NCBI GenBank assembly: GCA_040222015.1
Contig: JAVJWO010000183.1
Location: 1 to 26,739, forward strand
Length of the DNA: 26,739 nt
Reading direction: 5' to 3'
Source: Coleofasciculus chthonoplastes F2-STO-03
Lineage (GTDB): Bacteria; Cyanobacteriota; Cyanobacteriia; Cyanobacteriales; Coleofasciculaceae
Program-made: the position numbers and the translations under genes
Shown: one piece after another, positions 8,559-15,693 of the stretch
Layout of the letters: every line of letters begins with the position of its first letter
Numbering within the stretch: position 1 is the stretch's first letter
The notes under the pieces: model-generated
Database searches by the model: none
What the model saw: the letters and a program-made list of their open reading frames with translations, nothing else
Told to the model about the DNA's origin: nothing

Positions 8559-8858
8559 CTGTGAGTAGTGACTCCGTAAACGAGCAATAAATCTGTCGCG
8601 GATTTTGACCTCAAAAGCAAAAGCTATAGCCATCTCTCACCTTGAGGATACGTGCGCGAAGCGGTTGTTCACATCTACTAAAAGATGTATAGACTCCTAC
8701 CTGTATTGAGTTGGGCAGGAGATCGAACCGTAGATCAGGAGTTAAAGCGATTGACTCAGTTAATTGTCTCTTCGTTGATTCTGCGGCGTTTCCCAGCTTA
8801 CTAACTCTGGGCTAGGAACAGGGCGAATGCGAAGTCAGTATGAGTTTGCCTTAACTCT

Positions 8859-8887
8859 ATAGTATTACACCTTTAGACGACGGTAAA
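8859..8887 (-). promoter_or_regulatory. Putative sigB promoter TTTACC-N17-TACTAT
   Basis: Minus-strand -35-like hexamer at 8887-8882 and -10-like hexamer at 8864-8859 with 17-bp spacing; each matches consensus 4/6. Confidence 0.4.
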
Positions 8888-9408
8888 GAGGTAAAGGTTC
8901 AACATTTCGGAAAAATCATCCGCGTGTCGCATCTGCTAATTTTCCTCCTGACACCTACAGGGTTCAACAGGTTGACCTTCTCTCCTGGTTACTATCATCG
9001 CTTAAAACACCGAGAAACGGATAGAGTTTAATCGGGGAAATAACCGAACTGATTTGGGGATAGATATCCTCCCAATCCCCTACTCTGGCATGATGCCTTT
9101 TTCGTTAACGGGGACGGTTGAGGACGTGAGGAGGTGAGCCAGGACAAATTTCCAGAAAATTAAACGTCCCTAATTTGATCAGGGTCATTAACCCTTTTTC
9201 TCTATTCTCCCCATCACTCCAATACCAAAGATTCCTCCACCCTGTCGAGATGGAAGAGTTTTTTGGGCGCAACTCGATAATCATGAATCATAGCAGGAGT
9301 GAAGCCTAAATCCAAGCCTCTATGTCAGAATATTATCATTTGCTGCTTCTTTGTCCTTTGTATTGCTTTTGTTCTAAGAACAATAACTCACGATGCTCAG
9401 GCAACACT

Positions 9409-10047
9409 CTAGGAACTACTTTCCAGAGACGTTCCCACCACACAAGTCCGCTCTAACTTCGCACCATTGACATTGACATCATCGAGTTCAGCACAAAGAA
9501 AATTCGCTCCCGTTAAATTCGCCCCTCCCAGATTCGCCCCGCGCAAATCCGCTTCCTCAAAATTGGCGTCACACAAGCTAGCACCTTGTAAATCCGCTTG
9601 CGATAAATCCGCCCCCTTAAGATTAGCACTGTTGAGATTCGCCCCCCGCAGATCAGCGCCTCGGAAATCGACACCTTGGAGGTTGACACCCATAAGATTC
9701 GCGCCACTCAAAAATGCTCCAGCCAAGGATACCTGTGTCAAATTCGCGCCCATTAAATTCGCGCCTCGGAGATTACTCCCGCGCAAATCCGCCCCAGTCA
9801 AGTTGGCTTGCATTAGATTAGCGCCCAAACAATTTGCCCGCACATCAGCCGACACCAATTGAGCGCACAGCAGTTTAGCGCCATCAAGACGAGCACCGTT
9901 GAGATTCGCTCTCGACAAATTCGTACCCACCAGACTAGCGCCTGCCAAATTAATCTGTTCCAGTTGGCTCCCAGACAAATCTTCGTCGTCTAGATTAGCA
10001 CCTGAGAGCTGCTTGATTTTTCCTGCGCGAATTGCTTCGATTTCCAT
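9409..10047 (-). CDS. Pentapeptide repeat protein
   Basis: Continuous A(D/N)Lxx repeats over about 190 aa; ATG at 10047, 24 nt after the upstream gene's stop (probable operon). Confidence 0.95.
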   Translation of the reverse strand: MEIEAIRAGKIKQLSGANLDDEDLSGSQLEQINLAGASLVGTNLSRANLNGARLDGAKLLCAQLVSADVRANCLGANLMQANLTGADLRGSNLRGANLMGANLTQVSLAGAFLSGANLMGVNLQGVDFRGADLRGANLNSANLKGADLSQADLQGASLCDANFEEADLRGANLGGANLTGANFLCAELDDVNVNGAKLERTCVVGTSLESSS

Positions 10048-10071
10048 CAATTTTCCTGCGTGACTTAAACC

Positions 10072-11457
10072 TTAAGACGAAACATTTGATTGGGCTTCCT
10101 GATTGGAATGGGAATCAAGCAACCACATCCCTGCGGCTATTTTAGGTTGATTTGCCTGTAAACTCATACCCTGTTGCATTCCCATCACCAGTAGTTCGAG
10201 AGCCTCAAGCAGTTTTGGGTCAAATACTGTACCCCCTGACGCCTGACAGTCGTCGAGTGCTTTTGCCAAAGGAGTCTCTTGGGATTGATAGTCCTTGAGC
10301 CGCTGTTGAAATGTGGTCATCAGCGCTAAAATTCTCGACTCTAAAGGAATCGCATCATACGCCAAACCATCCGGTTGTCCGGAGCCATCCCAATGTTCGG
10401 TTTGGTGGGTGATAATGTGAGCAATTGCCTGTAATTGGGGCATGATACGCAAAACCGAAGATTTGGGCATCGCCTCTTGTTGAGAAACCGCCTGTTGCTG
10501 CACCGTGGATTTTGCTGGTTCTAGGTCATCATCTACGGCTTGTAACGGCGCGAGGCGATGCAGCAATCCCGCTAATCGCAGCCGTTTGATTTGCCACGCA
10601 GGTAAATCAAGCAATTGACCCATCGCTTCACAAAGGGTTGCCACTTCCGCCGCTGCCATGGGATTAGTTACATCAGCTTGATCGATGAGCTGTGCCATCC
10701 GCAAAAATGCCTGCACCTTATTAGACACTAAATTATTATCTAAGTCTTGCTCGGCAAGGGGCAAGTTCTGAAGTGGCTCATCCTCAGTTTGGTGTAATTC
10801 TTGTTCAAAGCTTTCGAGATAATCGACGACGCGAGACACAACCTGCCCAATATCATCGCGTTTTTTGCTACCGAAGGCAGCCGTAATTTTTTGGGCTTGG
10901 TCGGTGAGGCGCTGTTGTAACTGTTGATCGTAACCACCAATGTGTGCGATCGCCAAATCCACCGTTTCCCGAACCAATTCTGGCTCAAATGTCCAGAACC
11001 CATAAAACTTGCGCTCCCGATCCTCTTGGGGGGCTCCTTTACTGCCATAATCCTCAGCCGATAACTCTTGACATAAGACCATTGCTGTGTATGTCTCTGA
11101 CATAATGATCAAATGCCATTCTTGAGCCACTGGATCAGAAGCATCTAAATCCAATAGTCTCACATTAGAGCGCTGGCTGGTGGGATGTTCCCCAAAACCA
11201 GTCTCCGCTGTTGCCAGAATTACCACTTGAGACGACTGTTCCGCTAAATCGCCATAGCGTTCTACCTCTTGCATATACCATTTCCCCTGTTGAAATGCTG
11301 CAATTAGCAGAGGTTTTCCTTCTGACTCTAAGATGAAGTCTTCCAAGGCATGACACAGGGCGATTAAAGTGTTTTTATGATAAACACCAAAATTCAGGGG
11401 TCGCTTACCGCCGCGATGAGCTGTGTCTAACTTTTGTAATATCGAACCTTGCAGCAT
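10072..11457 (-). CDS. DICT sensory domain + degenerate HD-GYP-like domain protein
   Basis: DICT motifs KNTLIALCHALED, AFQQGKWY, EWHLII, FYGFWTFEPELV; C-terminal LAGLLHRL, EHWDGSGQPDGL, IPLESRIL, FDPKL. True start is MLQGSIL at 11457; the track's extension to 11568 reads through a REP repeat. Confidence 0.88.
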   Translation of the reverse strand: MLQGSILQKLDTAHRGGKRPLNFGVYHKNTLIALCHALEDFILESEGKPLLIAAFQQGKWYMQEVERYGDLAEQSSQVVILATAETGFGEHPTSQRSNVRLLDLDASDPVAQEWHLIIMSETYTAMVLCQELSAEDYGSKGAPQEDRERKFYGFWTFEPELVRETVDLAIAHIGGYDQQLQQRLTDQAQKITAAFGSKKRDDIGQVVSRVVDYLESFEQELHQTEDEPLQNLPLAEQDLDNNLVSNKVQAFLRMAQLIDQADVTNPMAAAEVATLCEAMGQLLDLPAWQIKRLRLAGLLHRLAPLQAVDDDLEPAKSTVQQQAVSQQEAMPKSSVLRIMPQLQAIAHIITHQTEHWDGSGQPDGLAYDAIPLESRILALMTTFQQRLKDYQSQETPLAKALDDCQASGGTVFDPKLLEALELLVMGMQQGMSLQANQPKIAAGMWLLDSHSNQEAQSNVSS

Positions 11458-11497
11458 GATCAAACCTTGTCTGAGGGGTTCAGGGGAAAGTGGGTGT

Positions 11498-11590
11498 GTA
11501 GAGACGTGCCATGGCGCGTCTGCCATGGCGCGTCTGCCATGGCGCGTCTGCCATGGCGCGTCTGCCATGGCGCGTCTGAGAGCAGGGGAG
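11498..11590 (+). repeat. REP-like element, family B (GTAGAGACGTGCCATGGC[AG]CGTCT), with 5 tandem copies of a 14-bp sub-unit
   Basis: gtagagacg + (tgccatggcgcgtc)x5 at 11507-11576 + tail tgagagcaggggag; unexpanded copy with the same tail at 23244-23280. Confidence 0.9.
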
Positions 11591-11610
11591 AATTTTAACC
11601 GATGATTTTA

Positions 11611-11626
11611 TGTTAATTATGATACA
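11611..11626. promoter_or_regulatory. Possible NtcA-type site upstream of the DICT-HD gene
   Basis: TGTTAATTATGATACA, one mismatch from TGTA-N8-TACA, overlapping minus-strand -10-like hexamers (TATCAT/CATAAT). Confidence 0.35.
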
Positions 11627-11682
11627 TTTTAGAGTTGAATTTCTCCAAGCTGTTCGAGTTGGCGATAAACGGATAGGAGCAA

Positions 11683-13266
11683 CTACCCCGCTGTAACCAG
11701 TTGTTTAGGCGGCGTCTTAGCTGAGGCTTCAATCGGAGCCGCTAATGCCTCCTCTAAATCCGCACAGCCCAAGCGCTCCTCTAAAATTTTCATCACTTCG
11801 CGACCAAAATCATCGGGATTTTGCCGCCAAGCTTGCAGACAAACCTCACCCAAGAAAGAGCCTAGGGGTTCGGGATTCCAGAGTAGCTTTTTCGCTGTCC
11901 AAGGCATTAAACTCATTGGATCATAGTCTTTTTCGAGAATATTGTTCTCAAAAGCGTAGGCTTCCAAATGAGTATGGGGTTGTAGTCCGATAAAGAAGAT
12001 AGCGGGTTCCACCTTGTCAGCACCAAAGATTCGCTCTAACTCCCGGTGATAGGCAATGGTTTGGCGAATGGTGTCCGGTCGCTCATCTATTACATTAAAG
12101 GAATAGTTGACCGAAACCAAGTCATTAAAGCCCCCTGCTTTCAAATCCCGACAATTTGCCAACACGGTGCGGAGGTTATACCCCATCCGCATCTTCCGGA
12201 CTAATTCCTGGGAACCACTGGTAATACCGATTTCAAAGTAGTTCATCCCGGTTTTTACCATCAAGTCGCATAATTGGGGGGTGAGATTATCGGCGCGAAT
12301 GTATGCCGCCCAGTGAATGTCTGTCATCCCAGAATCGAGAATTTTCTGCAACAGTTCCACCGCATCGTCGATAAACTTCCGGGCGGGGATAAACTGAGCA
12401 TCGGTAAACCAGAAGTTGCGGATACCTCGGTCATAAAGCTGGCGCATTTCGGCAACCACTTCATCAGCGGGATTGATCCGTACTTGTTTACCTTCGACGA
12501 CGGTGTAGATGCAGTAGCAGCAGTTGTGGGGACAACCCCGTTTAGTTTGCACCCCAATATAAAAGTCGCTTTCTTGAAAATAATAATCAAACGCCGACCA
12601 GATACTTTGGATATAGTCGTAATTACAAGCGGTTTTTTCTAGGGGAGTTGGGCGTTCATGAATCATGCGATCGCGCGGCTGCGTATCACCCACCACATAA
12701 CAGCGCTGATCAGCAAAAGATTCACCCCGCAGGATTTTCTCTAGCAGGGTTTCACCTTCGCCAACGGATACAATTGTCCCGTTGGGTAATTTCGTCTTCA
12801 GTTGTTCATAAAATACACTAACGGCACCGCCGCCAACCATCAGACGTGCCTCTGGGTTGTAGGTACGGGCGCGTTTAAGTCCCCGACGAATCAATCCTAA
12901 ATTACGCCACAGTTCAGTATAATACGCAGCTGCTAGGCGTAAGCCACCGATCGCCCCGCGTAACTTGACAAAGGGGTTACTGGCGTAGTAGAACTCGAAG
13001 GCATTTTGCAAGGGGTTCCCCCCTCTACCGCCAACTGGCGCATAGATTTGAATATCGCGCCAGGAGAATACCAACAGCGTCGGTTGGAATTCGTCAATAC
13101 AGGCGTCGAGCGATCGCCAAAAATCCAGGGGAGGTACAGTGCCTAAGTCAAAGATGCGCTGTTCTACCTCTGGGAAGAGTTTGTGAACGTGATCGGCTAG
13201 ATAGACAACGCCAATCGGGAAAATCGGGTTGCAGGGGAGGCGCACATAAAGAATTTTTGGTGACAT
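11683..13266 (-). CDS. B12-binding-like/radical SAM protein of the 'photosystem II high-light acclimation' (Slr0320-type) family
   Basis: Starts MSPKILYVRLPCNPIFPIGVVYLADH; CxxxCxxC motif in RGCPHNCCYC; FWFTDAQF. ATG at 13266. Confidence 0.9.
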   Translation of the reverse strand: MSPKILYVRLPCNPIFPIGVVYLADHVHKLFPEVEQRIFDLGTVPPLDFWRSLDACIDEFQPTLLVFSWRDIQIYAPVGGRGGNPLQNAFEFYYASNPFVKLRGAIGGLRLAAAYYTELWRNLGLIRRGLKRARTYNPEARLMVGGGAVSVFYEQLKTKLPNGTIVSVGEGETLLEKILRGESFADQRCYVVGDTQPRDRMIHERPTPLEKTACNYDYIQSIWSAFDYYFQESDFYIGVQTKRGCPHNCCYCIYTVVEGKQVRINPADEVVAEMRQLYDRGIRNFWFTDAQFIPARKFIDDAVELLQKILDSGMTDIHWAAYIRADNLTPQLCDLMVKTGMNYFEIGITSGSQELVRKMRMGYNLRTVLANCRDLKAGGFNDLVSVNYSFNVIDERPDTIRQTIAYHRELERIFGADKVEPAIFFIGLQPHTHLEAYAFENNILEKDYDPMSLMPWTAKKLLWNPEPLGSFLGEVCLQAWRQNPDDFGREVMKILEERLGCADLEEALAAPIEASAKTPPKQLVTAG

Positions 13267-13768
13267 TATAAATTTTATCTGGGGTAAATCGGCTTTTATG
13301 AACAGGATTGGCTCGGTTGAACTGGGCAAATCTCCAACCCAACTTGGATGAAAACCCGGTGTACGCAGACGTTTAAGCCCTCACCGACCGGGAGAGAATA
13401 AAACAGCCCCAGCCCAGCTTTCTCAGATATTTGATTTCTTTTTCACATAACTTAACTTTACTTTAACAAGATTGGGTTCTGACCTCAAGCGTATGCTATT
13501 TTTTTTCGTGGGGTTCATCGTTGAGAGTCTGAGGGAGGTAATCTAAGCAATTTTACCTAAGGCGTTCAAATTGAGGGTCTTAACCCTAGGTAGAAGTTCT
13601 TATCCCCAGGGATGGGACAAATTAGCCATTTAGCGGTGATCGCTGGGACGAGATTGGCGAAAATATACCTAAATTGGTAGTCGGATTTACAACAGGGACT
13701 GGATCACAAGTGCTAAGTTAGGTGAAGTAATAACAAACAGAATTCATTTAGTACCTCACTCAGCAGTT

Positions 13769-14158
13769 ATGACTCAGATACTTGATCCTCTACCCTCTGA
13801 TAATCAAACTCACATTGTCTGTTGCTACGTAAACGCCACGAGCCAGATTCAAATTGCTCGGATTACAAATATTCCCAATTGGTATTTTGAGCGCGTGGTT
13901 TTTCCCGGACAGCGCTTAGTCTTTGAAGCCCTACCCCAGGCGCTGTTAGAGATTCACACCGGCATGATGGCAAGTGCGATTCTCTCGGATACCATACCCT
14001 GTACTCGCTTGCTTGTCGCTCAAGACGTTAATCCGGCGTCGTCCTCTGACCCTAAAGCCGTTGTACCACCGACTGATGATAATAAGCCCAGTGAAAAAAC
14101 AATTCGTCATAATAGCCCAGCCAGCGAAGCGCGTTTAGCTGTGGCAACAGTTCGCTAG
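13769..14158 (+). CDS. DUF1830-family protein
   Basis: CCYVNATSQIQIARITNIPNWYFERVVFPGQRLVFEA...LEIHTG...SDTIPC. Confidence 0.9.
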   Translation: MTQILDPLPSDNQTHIVCCYVNATSQIQIARITNIPNWYFERVVFPGQRLVFEALPQALLEIHTGMMASAILSDTIPCTRLLVAQDVNPASSSDPKAVVPPTDDNKPSEKTIRHNSPASEARLAVATVR

Positions 14159-14173
14159 ATAACAAAAGCCATT

Positions 14174-14216
14174 AAAAAACAAAGATTAAGGGGGTTGTTC
14201 AGCCGAGCAACCTCTT
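14174..14216 (-). terminator. Hairpin terminator, T-rich tail on the minus strand, possibly bidirectional
   Basis: aagggggttgttc-agcc-gagcaacctctt (14188-14216); minus strand continues aatctttgtttttt. Confidence 0.55.
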
Positions 14217-14368
14217 ACGTTACGATTGGGGCATTGACATCCTCACCACGCCATCTTCAAAAAGGTGGTCGCTTTTGGGGGGTTGACAGCTCTACGCACA
14301 CCGCCTCACAAGAGGTCTTACACGCACTCCCTGTCCGTTTTAAGTCTCGGAATGCCCTCCCGCGACTA
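14217..14368 (-). ncRNA. Putative TnpB omegaRNA (reRNA) scaffold plus flanking guide
   Basis: Translates as VAGGHSET*NGQG, resembling the TnpB C-terminal tail that overlaps omegaRNA; nested stems GACAG/CTGTC and CCTC-ttgt-GAGG; ends at TCAA and is followed by 17 nt of flank before a terminator hairpin. Confidence 0.65.
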
Positions 14369-14591
14369 CATGTATCGTTCAGTTCAAAAAACACAAAATA
14401 ATGCTTTTTGTTTGCCTCCAGGTCGGATTGTCCGTTGCCCTTCAGTCTTTCCCTATCGCGGGCTGCGGTCCCGGTTTCAACTCATTATATGAGTGTATAT
14501 CGCTGCAAGCTTAGGCGGGGATTTCAACCGCTGTTATTATAGCGCAAGTCGTCCTTCCTAAAAGGACGAGGCTTTAGACCCATCATTTCCG
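14234..14591 (-). mobile_element. Non-autonomous IS200/IS605-family derivative (PATE-like), 358 bp, with no tnpA or tnpB ORF
   Basis: Minus strand: TTAC|CGGAAATGATGGGTCT-AAAG-CC-TCGTCCTT-ttagg-AAGGACGA at the left end (IS608-type TTAC target, AAAG guide tetranucleotide, subterminal hairpin); ends ...GGTGAGGATG-TCAA| at the right end; contains a tnpB 3'-tail remnant. Confidence 0.8.
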
Positions 14592-14621
14592 GTAAACAGG
14601 CTAAATTTGAGGCATCAAGTT

Positions 14622-15056
14622 GTGAATCTGCCCGACTTTATCTGGTTGTGGAAAATAGCCGCTTGGTCAATGGGTTTGTCCCTCGCGGCTTATAGTCTGT
14701 TGGCGGTGACGGGCAGTGTTATGTTCACGAAACGGCGCTCTCAACACCCCAAACCGAAATGGTTGCGACCTTTACACTACATCATCGGATGGGTAATGGT
14801 CAGTTTGGTTTTGCTGCTCCTGGGAATTGGTTTAGTGGGTACTATCGGTCATTATGGCAATCTCGGACATTCTGGACACTTGATTGCCGGATTAGCTGTC
14901 GTAGCGTTGGTTGCCGTGTCCGCTGGAAGTTCCACCCAGATTAGTCCCCAACACCCTTGGGCGCGGGCGGTTCATCTGGGAACCAATATTGCTTTATTTG
15001 TCGGATTTGCCTGGGTGTCCTATACCGGATGGCAGGTGGTGCAGAAATATTTGTGA
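14622..15056 (+). CDS. DUF4079-family membrane protein (cytochrome b561-like His pattern)
   Basis: Four hydrophobic segments with LRPLHY, HSGHL and ARAVHL histidines; GTG at 14622 preferred (TTG at 14607 is an alternative). Confidence 0.85.
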   Translation: MNLPDFIWLWKIAAWSMGLSLAAYSLLAVTGSVMFTKRRSQHPKPKWLRPLHYIIGWVMVSLVLLLLGIGLVGTIGHYGNLGHSGHLIAGLAVVALVAVSAGSSTQISPQHPWARAVHLGTNIALFVGFAWVSYTGWQVVQKYL

Positions 15057-15064
15057 GTAGGGGT

Positions 15065-15125
15065 GTAGGGGCGGGTTTTACAGATAACTTATGGCGACAA
15101 ACTGATAACTTGACTAAACCCGCCC
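15065..15125. repeat. REP-like element, family A, copy 4
   Basis: gtaggggcgggttt, 37-nt loop, aaacccgccc. Confidence 0.85.
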
Positions 15126-15288
15126 TTGGGGGAGCGATATAATAGAAAGTCGTTAGCTGGCTAGATATAATCATAATCCAGCGAGACGATTGCTACCTAT
15201 ACCTAACCAGGATTAGCGGGGGCGGATATCAACTAACTAATATGATAGGTGGGACATAAGTCCTGTAGAGTTTACAGGGAAACAAACT

Positions 15289-15636
15289 ATGAACAAATTA
15301 ATTGGATTAATTATCATCGCCGCTGCTCTCGTGGGAGCCGCTCTCGGTTGGCAAGGAGTATCCTTTCCGTTTTTTGGAGAACTCTTTGGGGGTGAGAACC
15401 GCACCGCGAACCAAATTATCGAGTCAGTTCCAGACACGGCAACCGACCAAGGGGCAACACAACAAGCTGAAGCGGGAAATCAGCCCACTCAGCCAACGGC
15501 TCAGGCTCCTGCGACGATTGGTCAAGCCCAAACTAATCAGGGTACAGCTCAAGCCCCTCAAACAACAGTGGGTCAAGCCGATACAGGCGCGGGTGCAGCC
15601 ACCGAGGATTCTGAACCGATTACGGCTCTCTGGTAA
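15289..15636 (+). CDS. Hypothetical exported/anchored low-complexity (Q/T/A) protein ending in PITALW
   Basis: ATG with AGGGA RBS; N-terminal signal/anchor MNKLIGLIIIAAALVGAALG; disordered body. Confidence 0.75.
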   Translation: MNKLIGLIIIAAALVGAALGWQGVSFPFFGELFGGENRTANQIIESVPDTATDQGATQQAEAGNQPTQPTAQAPATIGQAQTNQGTAQAPQTTVGQADTGAGAATEDSEPITALW

Positions 15637-15693
15637 CAGGGTGGGTAAAATCTATAAGGACTGGCTAGGGCGCGTCTCGATTTTTATCTTCTA

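Noticed and set aside
9467..9862. 131-aa plus-strand ORF (and 9513-9707)
   Set aside because: Antisense or off-frame shadow of the pentapeptide repeat gene.
11458..11568. N-terminal extension MADAPWQTRHGRR... of the DICT protein
   Set aside because: It is the translation of the 14-bp REP tandem array; the DICT-family start is MLQGSIL at 11457.
13436..13470. HLR1 (RpaB) site upstream of the radical SAM gene
   Set aside because: GTTAAGTT-AT-GTGAAAAA on the minus strand is too degenerate in AT-rich DNA to call, although biologically plausible.
14195..14492. Short plus-strand ORFs (68 and 75 aa) as transposase fragments
   Set aside because: No HUH/Y1 or RuvC motifs; they are antisense to the element's RNA features.
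15126..15693. TPP riboswitch upstream of thiO-thiG
   Set aside because: No CUGAGA / ACCUGA...AGCG.AGGGA consensus found.
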